From Octopus bimaculoides (lineage: Eukaryota): a DNA stretch of 33,413 nucleotides. Location: the NCBI RefSeq assembly GCF_001194135.2, contig NC_068981.1, positions 51,603,734-51,637,146 on the forward strand, given 5' to 3'. Position numbers and translations under genes: made by a program. Below are positions 22,250 to 33,413 of this stretch, one piece after another. Under the pieces are notes generated by a model, which did not search any database, had not been told where the DNA came from, and saw only the letters and a program-made list of their open reading frames with translations. How positions within the stretch are numbered: the stretch's first letter is position 1; each line of letters opens with the position of its first letter.

Positions 22250-22416
22250 AGATTTAGAAACGCAATATTTTGCACATCAGTGGATGTATTTCACTTGAAA
22301 TTCTATAAGTTTTCAGAGGCGAATAAGCATCGACAGTTACCAACCCACTTTTTTGTTGTTTTCTGAAGAACTGTAGCTGAATTTTTTGTTGGGTGGTAGT
22401 GAATAATTGAGCAAAA

Positions 22417-23730
22417 TGAAACGTTATGCACAAGGTACTGAAGGTTGAGTTCCCCTAGACGCAAGTGTGCTGAAACAGGAGATGGTACAGTGGAATGCAG
22501 AGCTGATAGAGAAGTATAGTATTATGGTAGAGGAGGAAGGGTCAAATATAAAACTGACCCTACCAGCGGAGGAAAATGCGAAAATGGAAAAGAAGACGGT
22601 CATATTCAGAACATTTTCGAATAAAAATAGACGAATTGAACACGAGCCGCAGGAGGAAATAGAAGAATTTTTGGAAAGACATACAGGAGACAGCATAGCG
22701 TTCTTTACGAGAAGAAATAGATATGCGTCTATAGTGGTGACTTTTGTATCAGAAGAGGAGACGGAAGAAACCTCCAGCAGGATGATACAGGGAGAGAAAT
22801 GGACATTGATGCCAAACTGTTTGGATAAACGAATTGTAAGAATTAGAGTAAGAATCCCACAATGGATAGATCCAGAGTGAATAATAGTGGCGATTTTTTA
22901 TTCGGAGATATGAAAAGAAAGCGAAGACGTGAAGATAGGCATGATAAGCCGAACCCAACAAGTGAAGTGATGGGGCTACAGATTAGAGATAATTTGTGCA
23001 GGGAGCCTGAAATATTACAACAAAATACCTGAAATTTTACAGCTACCAAATGAAGAGAAGCTGGAGATAATATTGGAGGGAATACCCCCAAAGTGTTACG
23101 AATGTGGTGAAAGAGGGCACTTGAGAAAGAAATGCCCTAGAGCAGCACTGAAAATTGTAGAGGAAACTATTCAGGAGAATATAATGGTTGAGAAACAGCA
23201 GAAACAGATAACAGAACAAGATGGGAATTTTGCGGAGGTGAAAGCAAGCAAAAGAGAGAGAGGAGGAAGTAAACTAAAGCAGACACGAGTAAAGACAACG
23301 AAGAAATGGACTTCACCACAGTCACTCACAAAAGAGAAAAGATACACGTTCCCGACTCCCCTCCCCAAACAAAACATCAACAAAAACAACGTCATCAAAC
23401 ACAAAACCATACTCCCCAATCCAACCCCATGACAAAGCCATTTGCCAAACCCTTCCCCAAAATACAAGAAAAATTGTGATGTTCAAAGAAAATAACGTAC
23501 CGTTAGCAACAGTCTTCAAACACCATCACATGGCGAGAGTTTATAAACAATGTAAAAACACACCAAAAGATGTAAGATTTGCAAAAATGAACGAAAGACT
23601 TTTTTCGGAGCTGAAGTCTCGCTATACAAGTAAAGAGAAAAGTGGGGAGGTAGGCGAATTCGTGCAACTCCTCCCCAACTTAAACTGTAAGTACCCCTTC
23701 AAAAGTTTTATACCATGTCGATTAAGTTAG
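22417..23730 (+). pseudogene. LINE ORF1 (gag-like nucleic-acid-binding protein with a CX2CX4HX4C knuckle), disrupted
   Basis: Track ORFs 22467-22880 and 23073-23432 share a frame and are joined through in-frame TGA stops. Knuckle CYECGERGHLRKKC. Probable frameshifted N-terminus (KVLKVEFP) and C-terminus (23476-23730). Confidence 0.8.
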
Positions 23731-25100
23731 GGGGCAGGAATGTACGTAGTCTGGGGTCGAAATGAAAACAAACTTGTTTCCTGAACGACTTCAGGTCACA
23801 TGATATAGATGTGTGCATCGTAACTGAGTCCAAGAAGAGTGGACCACAAGCGTTCTTGCCTCTCTTGAATGGCTACGAGAAATTTATTGCTCCTAGCCGA
23901 CAAGGAGGAGGAGGCGTGATGGTCTTATTTAGGAAGAACTTGGATGTACAGGTAAGTACTGTCTTTCTGGATCCAGAAGGTAGGCTGGTTGTCCTAGATG
24001 TGTCCCACATGAGTAACCAGTCCTTCAGATTGGTAGCTGTCTACGATCCTAACGAGCGTTGGCAGTCTGTTTTTGTTTTTTTCGAGACCAAGAGCATTTT
24101 CTAGTGACGTCAAAAACGGTAGTTCTATTAAGAGATTTTAACACCATCCTCGATGCACGGGTGGATAGTGTTGGCTCAACTGATAGGAGGGGAAATCCTG
24201 GCCTCAAGGGTCTACTAGACAGCTATAATCTAGTAGACCGTTACAGACTGGATGAGCCGAGCGTTCCACAGTGGACGTGGAGTAATAACGACGGCTCATG
24301 CAGCTCTTACATAGGATTTCGTTAGAGATAGAGACAGGGATACTTTTAGTTGTCCACGATTTTTTATTGTACCTTACACGGACCACAAATTTGTGGTGTG
24401 TGAGATACGCATAGATAAATGTCATAAACAGGCACCCGGGTACTGGAAGATGAACAAGTCTAGTTTGATTTGTAAAGCCTTCCGTGCCCGGATTAAGGAG
24501 TTAATACAGAGGGCACTATGTGACGCCATCATTAATAATAGATGGTGGAACGCCCTCAAGAGAGCCATTCGTTTAGAGTTTATTAGATTTAGCAATCAGC
24601 TAAGTTTAGATAGATCTAGAATAGAAGGGGAATTAGTTATGAATTTAGTGGAGGCTATGGACTCTGTTTCTAGAGTGCAGGCGGCGAGAACGGCGTTGTA
24701 CCGTCACCTCAAAGCCAAACACAAAGGTAGCAGAATTAGAGCTAAGTTACGTGCAGTGGAGCGAGAAGGTGTTAACATTACCGGAAGGGCAAGTCTTGTG
24801 GAGAGTCAGAAGGGCAAAGAAACCTTTATGAGGTCTTTAACAGAAAAACAGGGGCGCAAGATCTATGGACAGGAAACGATGCAAATGACCTTTCACCAGC
24901 ATTTTACCCGGTTGTTCGGCGAGAGCGGAGCGCTTGAGCGTGGGAAGTCCTTAAAGGACTTTCTAGCTGGTGGACTGCGACTCTCGGCACGGGAGGCGGA
25001 ATGCTGTGAAGGACCGATTACTCCTGCGGGGGTAAAAGATTTGTTGGCCGAGTGCGCCGCGGAAAAGTCGCTGGGGTTGGTTGGTCTACTCTATGAGTTT
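23715..25100 (+). pseudogene. LINE ORF2 N-terminal part: APE endonuclease, linker and start of RT; disrupted
   Basis: ATG at 23715 gives MSIKLGGRNVRSLGSK*...DIDVCIVTESK, GGGVMVLFRK, EGRLVVLDV, FRLVAVYDPN, LRDFNTILD, QWTWSN, YTDHKFV and GYWKMNKSSL, then CEGPITPAGVKDLLAECAAEKSLGLVGLLYEF (a KSPGxDGLPxEF-like motif) just before the gap. Confidence 0.92.
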
Positions 25101-25877
25101 NNNNNNNNNNTGGTCTATTCGTTTGACGTAAGCCCTTACTCGTAATCATGTGCTTGTTTGCAATATTTCCTGAACAGTGATAAAGGGTAATGGGTTCCTG
25201 ATGAAATTTACGTAAGAATTTAAACTAATTGAGCTAATTCGTTTCCATCAGCATTAGAAGTTAGTGGATACAATGAAACGCTCTTTGTATCTGTCTACGT
25301 ACGGCTTGTCTAAATGCTCTTGATGCATTTTATAGTACAATATACCATAGAAACAAACCATTCTGTTTACACACAAGCAATTTAAATGTGTACATATAAA
25401 TACGTACACACACACACACATATACATATATACAAGCACACACACGCGCGCGAACGCGCGACCGTATATAGGTCTAGATATACATATACACAAGCATAAA
25501 CACATACACATGCATATACGTTTGCATATAAGCGAGTGTGCCATGTTGTGGAGAAAGAGCAAACGAAATGTATGTTTCCAAGCAGAAGAGAAAATAATTG
25601 GAATTCTGTAATGTGTCTCTGTTTTAATATTCAAAACAATTTACCAGAAGTTAGGCTAATAAAATTGATATTCATAGCTATAATCTCAGGAGTAAGCATG
25701 TAATTCTCTCTTAGGGCAATATAAGTCAATAACCGGTTTAAGAATTCCAAAAAGGAAATAAAAACTTTGTAAGAGTGTATATATGAAATATAGATAGAAA
25801 GATTGATATATAAGTAAATATATATAAATACACACAGAGACACACATATACACATACACACATACACATGTACATAT

Positions 25878-25909
<32 letters not shown>

Positions 25910-26259
25910 NNNNNNNNNNNNNNNNNNNNNNNNNNNNNNNNNNNNNNNNNNNNNNNNNNNNNNNNNNNNNNNNNNNNNNNNNNNNNNNNNNNNNNNNNNN
26001 NNNNNNNNNNNNNNNNNNNNNNNNNNNNNNNNNNNNNNNNNNNNNNNNNNNNNNNNNNNNNNNNNNNNNNNNNNNNNNNNNNNNNNNNNNNNNNNNNNNN
26101 NNNNNNNNNNNNNNNNNNNNNNNNNNNNNNNNNNNNNNNNNNNNNNNNNNNNNNNNNNNNNNNNNTATATATATATATATATATATATATTCATATATAA
26201 ATGTGTGTGCATCTATATAATATACAGAGAGAGATAGGTATACTTATATATAGTCATAT

Positions 26260-26302
<43 letters not shown>

Positions 26303-27054
26303 TTATATTTACAAATGTATAGGAATATATAAGTATATATATATATATAAGTACATGTGTGTGTGCATGTGTGTGTGCATGTGTGTGTGCCTGTGCGGGG
26401 GGGTGCCTGTGCGTGTGTGTGTGCGTGTGCGTGTGTATACAGACAGGTACACACAGACATACGTACATACAAAGATATATATGAATATTTTAATGCGTAA
26501 ATTTATGTATGTGTGCGAACGGGTGTGTGCGGAATAATTTGTGAGTGCACGTATGTATCTTTATATGTGCATGCAAGTCTTTGTTTGTATGACTTTGTGA
26601 CTGCCAGGCAAATTATGTTTAGATGTACATATATTTCCAAGCGGATGACAAGTTGTGTATTTGTGAATATTTATATATATATAACTGAACGAAGATATAA
26701 TCGCAGTTAGCTACAATTATACGTATGTACATTGACACAAACAAGCATACATACACGCACAGATACACACACACACACTCTCTCTCTCTCTCTTTCTCTG
26801 TCTCTCTTTTTCTATATATCAATATATATACAGAGGGAGAGGGGGAAGAGAGAAAATGAAAAACTAAAATATATATGAAACATTACGTTTGCTCTGACGA
26901 TACATATATACATGTATATGTGCGCGTGTGTGTGCGTACACAGACATACACATACACACATACATACATACATATACATATATACACGTGTTTCTGTGTA
27001 TTTTTTACATATATACTATCATACATTCAGAGCTACGCACGCATACACACACAG

Positions 27055-27086
<32 letters not shown>

Positions 27087-28648
27087 GACACACGATATAT
27101 TATGCTTGATAATTGATGTAGTAGTGAAGGAAATTAGAGTCATAAGTTGATGTCAAAAAGAAAGTGAGTCATTTCAGTATGGAGTCGCTACAGTTGGTTA
27201 CCTTTTACATGGCCATATATGTTTTTGTTCGGTGTAAAATATCAGTGTGTGTAAACAATTCATATACATAAGCATGATGCGAGGTAATTCTAGGTGAACG
27301 ACATTCTAGGAAGGAAGTAAAGACTGCAGTGGTCAGTGTGATGCTTGAAAGTGGGGGCACAATCTGGTGAACGAGAGTGGAAGACATGAGTTAGTTGGAG
27401 GTAATAGGGTTTGTAGCGTTTTATTGAACAATTCATGTTAATCTGGCAACAATCTTTCTTTATGATGTCTATGTTTGAATTTGCAACGCAACACTATCCT
27501 CGATGTGGGAATTATGCTACATTGGTGGTTTCACCTGACTTTTGACGAAGTCGTCTTCTTTCTTTTTTTTTCTCTCTCTCTGAGGAAGAAGACCAGTTTT
27601 TATGATGTTCTGGGTGTACGATCACCAGGACATAGCTCCATCAGCACTCGTTTCTATGGACAGGAAGCCACTCGTCCAAGAGAGAAGAGATAGACAGACA
27701 CACCTCTTCATAAGCAGGCACATTTTCCAGAAAAATCGCATGCTACACACATCTGAATGCTTCTCTGAACAGTTCTGATATCAACAAAACCATTACCAAA
27801 GGCCCGGTTGATATTCTGTAGAGCCTCTGCGGCGGAGTGACCCATACAAGAAAGTCACTCAACATCGTTTGGCTGTTATCATTTTCATAAGGTCTGTGGG
27901 TACAAATTTTGTATACCAGTATTGTTTGCAAAGAAAAAGAGTCAAGATTAAATGCAATGGTATACATATTTGAGCTTTTAAATAACTGAAATAACAAGGA
28001 ATTAAAAATGCGACATTTCGTGTGTGACAACCTAATACTACGCCAAAGAAGTATTCCCGACCCATAACGATGGATATTCCCTTGAATGCAAACAAACGTA
28101 AAATCTCCTCCTAAGTTTGTACATTAAATCTGTGAAATTAATTTTTACTCTTTTCGACATTCACTCCTTTTCCTTAGAGAAGTCTAACGGTCACGTTACA
28201 TTTTCATTCTCTTTCTCCAACAGAGAATAAAGTTTCAAATGACTGAGAATATTTTTAATTTATCATTTAGTATATCACCATTTAACATATTTTCAGCATG
28301 CAATAATATTCCATATAGATCTTGCCTCAACATAAAGTATATGAATTACATCAGTATTTTTTCATTGTCGATTATTTCAACACCAGAATAATCTGACAAG
28401 ACAACATTTATAATTAATCATAAGGACTTTTTAGTTGTGTTAACATGATCATTCAGAAATGATAAATGGTTTCTAAGATTGCCGAGGAATAAATATATCA
28501 CATTGTGATAGGAATGTTAAATTATGGTACGTATGTTCCGGTATACTTTCACATAACAGCGACACACGAACACATATATGCTTAGGAAATATAAAGAAGT
28601 ATTGCTATAAATATTTCAAGATGTATGTATAATATATACTATTTCTTT

Positions 28649-28655
28649 CCTCCTA

Positions 28656-28690
<35 letters not shown>

Positions 28691-28704
28691 CTCTCTCTCT
28701 CTCT
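28649..28704. repeat. (CT)n microsatellite
   Basis: Read directly from the sequence. Confidence 0.95.
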
Positions 28705-28814
28705 TCCTAAAATAGAATAAAGAGAGAAAATGAAATAGTGAAAGACAGAAAGAGAGAGAAAGAGTGACAGAGAGAAGAATTGAGACGCTACTAACGACTC
28801 GCAAACGTGAAATT

Positions 28815-28905
28815 GAATTCGGCGGGATTTGAACTCGGGTAGAAGAGGGTTCAATGTAATGTCATACGGTGTTCTATACAAAACTCTAACAAATCTGTCA
28901 ATTCA
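28815..28905 (-). mobile_element. Degenerate tRNA-SINE head fragment
   Basis: Plus-strand ggcgggatttgaactc is a minus-strand B box (GAGTTCAAATCC), with similarity to the corresponding part of 527-754. Confidence 0.55.
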
Positions 28906-28974
28906 TGACCATTGGATAAACACACCCACACATACAAACACATGCACACATACACACGCGCGCGCGCGCATATA

Positions 28975-29192
28975 CGAGGTGGGAACCGGAAACTTCCTGC
29001 CTTTTGACAAAAGAAATTACAGGAGCATCAGTAAATTATGATTTTATTCAACATATTCAAATCACAGACTCACACACTTAATGCAGCTGCCATTCAGTTT
29101 TTCTAAGCTCTGTAAAAGAACTCGGAAGCTTGAGACTCCATCCAGGCCTTTCGCGAAACCCTTAAAGTCAAGAACTTTTCAGCACACCCTCG
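28975..29192 (-). mobile_element. Mariner-derived MITE or deletion derivative (218 bp) with TA target duplication
   Basis: TA|CGAGGTGGGAACCGGAAACTTCCTG at the left; the right end in reverse complement reads TA|CGAGGGTGTGCTGAAAAGTTCTTG. Minus-strand GAATATGTTGAATAA (E-Y-V-E-stop, mariner C-terminus-like) at 29044-29058. Confidence 0.8.
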
Positions 29193-29713
29193 TATATACA
29201 AACAGACGTGCCTATACTGTATTTATGCATGTAACGAAGAATTTACACAAGTCCTGCTTTGTCCATCTCTGTAACACTTTTTCTGTCAATCAGTCTTTCT
29301 ATCAGTCGATCAATTTCCCTGTTTCTATAATTTGCAGTATATGAATGAATGTGGGTGGGGGAGACACATATAAAGTTCTTCTGAATCGCATAATTAAATT
29401 AAGTTTTTCAATAAACATATTTTCATTGTATGTGTCTAAAATGACAATGAATTAAATTGAATTTGAATTTCAAGGTAAAAAAGCAGCTAATTTAAATGTT
29501 TACTAATATTTAGACCAACTATGCATGTGTGTGTGTGTATATAGTGTATGAGTGTATGTATGTACGTATGGATGTATGGATGTATGTATGAATGTACTTA
29601 CACAAACATTCGCACATACACACACATATATGTGCGACTGTAAAACTCAATTTACTAGTAAACAAGCATACCAATAGGAGGTATTGACACACAGAGGAGG
29701 CACGTAAACCCAC

Positions 29714-29773
<60 letters not shown>

Positions 29774-30014
29774 NNNNNNNNNNNNNNNNNNNNNNNNNNN
29801 NNNNNNNNNNNNNNNNNNNNNNNNNNNNNNNNNNNNNNNNNNNNNNNNNNNNNNNNNNNNNNNNNNNNNNNNNNNNNNNNNNNNNNNNNNNNNNNNNNNN
29901 NNNNNNNNNNNNNNNNNNNNNNNNNNNNNNNNNNNNNNNNNNNNNNNNNNNNNNNNNNNNNNNNNNNNNNNNNNNNNNNNNNNNNNNNNNNNNNNNNNNN
30001 NNNNNNNNNNNNNN

Positions 30015-30089
<75 letters not shown>
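29714..30089. repeat. (AGAT)n, gap (29774-30014), (TG)n microsatellite
   Basis: Read directly from the sequence. Confidence 0.95.
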
Positions 30090-30092
<3 letters not shown>

Positions 30093-30925
30093 TGTAAACT
30101 CACGCCTATTTGTGTGTAATAATTTGTATGATAGCTGTCTCCATATGACAAGTTCAGTCAGAAAATAAACCAAAAAAAAAATAATAATAATAAATGACAT
30201 CGAAAAACAGCTGCAATTATGTCAATCCTATTATTTGTTATGAACGAAATGGGCCACAATTTATTGGAATAACAACAATATCAACTTTCAACAAATATCT
30301 CTGCTTCTTATAGCATTTGTAGTGGAATATAACAACATACCTACAGAAAGTGCATAGTAGTTATTTCTGTGATATCTAGCTAATTCATAAAGAAAAATTG
30401 TTTTATATGCAGCCGCTGCCAAGATGCTGACGCTCAACAATTCAACATTTCAAATCTGACAGTAAATTTTACCTGGAGATAAATAACCTTTCTCTGCTGT
30501 AGAATGATACACATTCCGTTTCCTTGTGTCCCTGGCTCTCACTGGAACACTGGGAAATGAAATATCTTGCAAATATAACACTTCAGGCAGTGTTCCATGT
30601 AGATCTCATTTATTTAACGTTTTCACCGGATATAGCTTTCGATATCCTATAGTTATCTTCTCTGTCTTTTACTACTCACTCATATAACTACCAATTCTTT
30701 GCCTTCATGTGTCTCAATGATTTCTAAATGAAACCAGCGTAATGCATTATCTTGAACAAGAACAGTCAACGGTTGTCTTTCTCTTTCTCTCTCTTTATCA
30801 GTCTGTCTATACATGCATACAAGTCATACATATGTACTTACATATATTCATACACACATACATACATACATACATTCAGACAGACACACAGACAGACAGA
30901 CAGACACACAGACAGACAGACATAC

Positions 30926-31147
30926 GAATTAAAGAGAAATTTACAGTTAATCTATCCAGGTTACAAGTTCAGCTTTATATCTGTAATTATTGAGGCACTG
31001 GGATATGTAACACACTGCCTAAGAGCCAATCTTGAGAAATTAGGCATCTCAAAACCAGAAAGGAGAAAGCTGATTCAAAGCCTTCAGATCCAAGCCTTCA
31101 CCGGAACTGTAAATATTTGTAAAACTTCCAACAAGTTTATTATTTAA
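30926..31147 (+). mobile_element. 3' tip of a restriction-like-endonuclease (R4/Dong-like) non-LTR retrotransposon, heavily 5'-truncated
   Basis: Stop-free 73 codons, ELKRNLQLIYPGYKFSFISVIIEALGYVTHCLRANLEKLGISKPERRKLIQSLQIQAFTGTVNICKTSNKFII*. This resembles the P(V/I)(V/I)IGALG...L.KLG...LQ..A..GT..I pattern that ends RLE-type ORFs. Flanked by microsatellites. Confidence 0.75.
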
Positions 31148-31224
31148 GTATATATGAGCATATCTAAATATACAACTATATGCACAAGAATGCATATATA
31201 AAATAAAACATACGAATCTGCACA

Positions 31225-31457
31225 TATACATACATACATACAAATCTGCACATATACATACATGCATACATTCAGACATACATGCATACATTCAAACATA
31301 CATGCATACATTCAAACATACATGCATACATACATGTATGCATGCATTCATACATACATGCATGTATGCATGCATTCATACATGCGTACATGATACATGC
31401 ATACATGCATGCACACATGCATACATACATACATACATACATACATACATGCATACA
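31225..31457. repeat. (CATA)/(CATG) microsatellite field containing a 20-bp unit x3 at 31261-31320
   Basis: CATGCATACATTCA(G/A)ACATA repeated three times. Confidence 0.9.
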
Positions 31458-31495
31458 AATCACCCAGAAGCGAGTATGACAGCTAATGTCCTATA

Positions 31496-32377
31496 CGTGA
31501 CCTGATCAATAAATGTCCAGACTGTTGCCATAGTAGCAAAGCTAAAGCACTCAGAGTAAAGCTTCTTGGCACAGATTGACCTTGAACCATGCTGTGCATG
31601 CGCACCAAGTTTTAATGTTCTAACCCTATTATGCTCTTTACAGAAGTGCTTAGAAGTAACGTATGTAACGTGTGATCGTCGCATTGAACAAGACAGAAAT
31701 TTGAGCAGAGAATCTTCATCAAATTTTGCCAAAAGTTTGGCGATATCTGCTCAGAGGCCTACGCAAAGTTTTCAAACATTTTCATCGTTTTCGACATAAC
31801 GAAGGAGATATTATACAACTGGTACTTGAGTGTCTTTTTGGTCAGCTGAAAGTAGTTTTGGCACAAACTTGACAAACACGCGTTTCATACCCAAATCTTC
31901 AGTGATAATGGACTGAAATGGAACGTAACTAATCTGCACATCTTCTGATAACTCACAGCTGGTGGTTCGACGATTTCCTCTCGCAGCTGCACGCACAGCT
32001 ATGATGTGTTTTCTCACTTCTGCTGGTTGCGGGTTTTCCAGAACGTTCGTCAATATCGACAGTTTTTCGGCCATCTTGGAAACGTCTGAAACACTCGTGC
32101 CACTCATACAAGCCTCTCCATACATTTTCTGAAACTTTGCGCTGGCCTCTGCGCAGGTATTGCCATGACAACTTTTTCTAAAATGGTCAATGCAATGATC
32201 ATACGTTACACACGTTACTTCCAAGCACTAATGTAAACAGTGAAGTGAGCAAGAAGAGTAAAACTTAGTGTGCATGCTCAGCAGAGGTCAAGGTCAATCT
32301 GTGCCAAGCGGTTTCCAACTGCATAGTTTAGCTTTGTTACTGTGGCAACAGACCGGATACTTATTGATCAGACCTCG
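31496..32377. mobile_element. 882-bp composite mariner: two 5' ends of one family facing each other, TA-flanked
   Basis: TA at 31494-31495 and 32378-32379. Both ends begin with the same TIR and 5' UTR (CGTGACCTGATCAATAAATGTCC vs CGAGGTCTGATCAATAAGTATCC; TTGGCACAGATTGACCTTGA in both). The plus arm encodes FEQRIFIKFCQKFGDICSEAYAK. The minus arm encodes FQDGRKTVDIDERSGKPATS...EDLGMKRVFVKFVPKLLSADQK. Confidence 0.9.
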
Positions 32378-32394
32378 TACGTCTATGTAGGCTC

Positions 32395-32508
32395 GGCAAT
32401 TTAAACTAAATGCCTTACACAAAAAGACAACGCGCTGCTTGGTCAAGTACTCGAACTCAGAATCTTCTGATCGTGAGCCCTACACGCTAACCACAAATCT
32501 ACAAACCT
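32395..32508 (-). mobile_element. Degenerate tRNA-derived SINE head (third family)
   Basis: Minus strand TGTGGTTAGCGTGTAGGGCTCACGATCAGAAGATTCTGAGTTCGAGT gives A-box-like and B-box-like spacing. Confidence 0.6.
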
Positions 32509-32650
32509 TCAGACATACACATATATACATTTTGCTGATCTTCCGAGTTGTCCATACTGATGTCTTCGATGCCGTTCGGAAACTACTGGGGTCCACCTGT
32601 CTTCTATGAACATCGGTAGCTCTTCACCATTATCGTTTTATCTCGTTCCA

Positions 32651-32739
32651 TATACAGATATACATATACACATACACACACACATATATATATATACATA
32701 CATATACATACATAAACATACATACATACATAGAGATAA

Positions 32740-32801
<62 letters not shown>

Positions 32802-32857
32802 TGATTGATTGATTGATTGATTGATCGATCGTTTGATTGATTGATTGATTGACAGAT
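32651..32857. repeat. Compound (ATAC)/(AGAT)n/(GATT)n microsatellite
   Basis: Read directly from the sequence. Confidence 0.93.
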
Positions 32858-32912
32858 AAATAGAGAGAGTGATCTTGAAGATGAACCAATTGTGCTAATA
32901 TANNNNNNNNNN

Positions 32913-32949
<37 letters not shown>

Positions 32950-33144
32950 AATGTATAGCAACAGATTGGCCGTTTCTTGCTACTGGACTTCTCAAGTGAG
33001 CAAACACACCTGATAGAAAGCCAATAAAATTCGAAAATTGATTAAGGTTGTTCAAATACTTTAATTTTCCCCGTTTGATATCTACTACATAGGTTTACAT
33101 ACATATATGAGTGTGCATGTGTCTGGTGCGTAAGAGGTGTACGA

Positions 33145-33413
33145 AAGTATGTATGTGCATATATATATATGTGTGTGTGAGTGCGTGTGTATGTCTGCGT
33201 ATATGTATATATATATGTATATATATATACATGTATATATATATATGTGTGTGTGTATATGTATGTATGTATATGTATATATGTATGTATATGTATATAT
33301 ATATATATGTACGTATATATATATATATCTGTATATATATATGTCTATATATGTATGTATATGTATATATATGTGTGTGTTTATATATATACATATATAT
33401 ATACATATATATA
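33145..33413. repeat. (AT)/(GT)/(ATGT) compound microsatellite
   Basis: Read directly from the sequence. Confidence 0.95.

Larger units (their letters stand above)
22255..25100 (+). mobile_element. 5' half of a Tx1/L1-group non-LTR retrotransposon, ending at an assembly gap; 5' boundary approximate
   Basis: Putative 5' UTR, then gag-like ORF1 with a CCHC knuckle, then ORF2 with an APE endonuclease, GYWKMN motif, linker and the RT entry motif. Confidence 0.9.

Noticed and set aside
25170-25700. Two possible plus-strand micro-exons (IKGNGFLMKF; VRLIKLIFIAIISG)
   Set aside because: Their phases are incompatible with each other and the peptides are unrecognisable.
27590-27693. KKTSFYDVLGV, resembling the start of a DnaJ domain
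   Set aside because: No following helices or HPD motif, the frame closes within about 25 codons, and no splice donor leads onward; treated as chance.
32971-32982. 12-mer GGCCGTTTCTTG shared with the reverse complement of the foldback spacer
   Set aside because: Too short and the flanks do not extend; compatible with chance.
8806-33406. ORFs rich in YI, CV, HT, RE, SL or X
   Set aside because: Translations of microsatellites and N-gaps.
1-33413. CRISPR arrays, true tRNA/rRNA genes, prokaryotic operons or defence systems
   Set aside because: No regularly spaced repeat-spacer array and no rRNA-like sequence. tRNA-like boxes occur only as SINE heads, and the DNA is plainly eukaryotic repeat-rich sequence.

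Overview
An AT-rich, microsatellite-saturated animal genomic window with nine N-gaps, most of them inside simple repeats, which suggests a short-read draft assembly. The SINE families and repeat landscape look like an octopus (coleoid cephalopod); that attribution is from memory and was not verified. I found no credible intact host protein-coding gene. Nearly all ORFs in the track are microsatellite or low-complexity artefacts. The recognisable coding sequence is all decayed transposon: a full-length D,D34D mariner (13511-14821), an older mariner relic (11760-12540, minus), a composite of two mariner 5' ends facing each other (31496-32377), a mariner MITE, the 5' half of a Tx1/L1-like LINE cut off at a gap (about 22255-25100), a CR1-like RT relic (9520-10630) and the 3' tip of an R4/Dong-like RLE retrotransposon (30926-31147). 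There are also several tRNA-derived SINEs. The most unusual feature is the number of inverted-repeat structures: a 570-bp foldback, 145-bp and 141-bp hairpins, and a pair of roughly 430-bp inverted arms. One of those arms sits between the head and tail of a SINE, next to a local direct duplication. I see no evidence for a novel enzymatic or defence system. The best candidates for something undescribed are these rearrangement and foldback structures.
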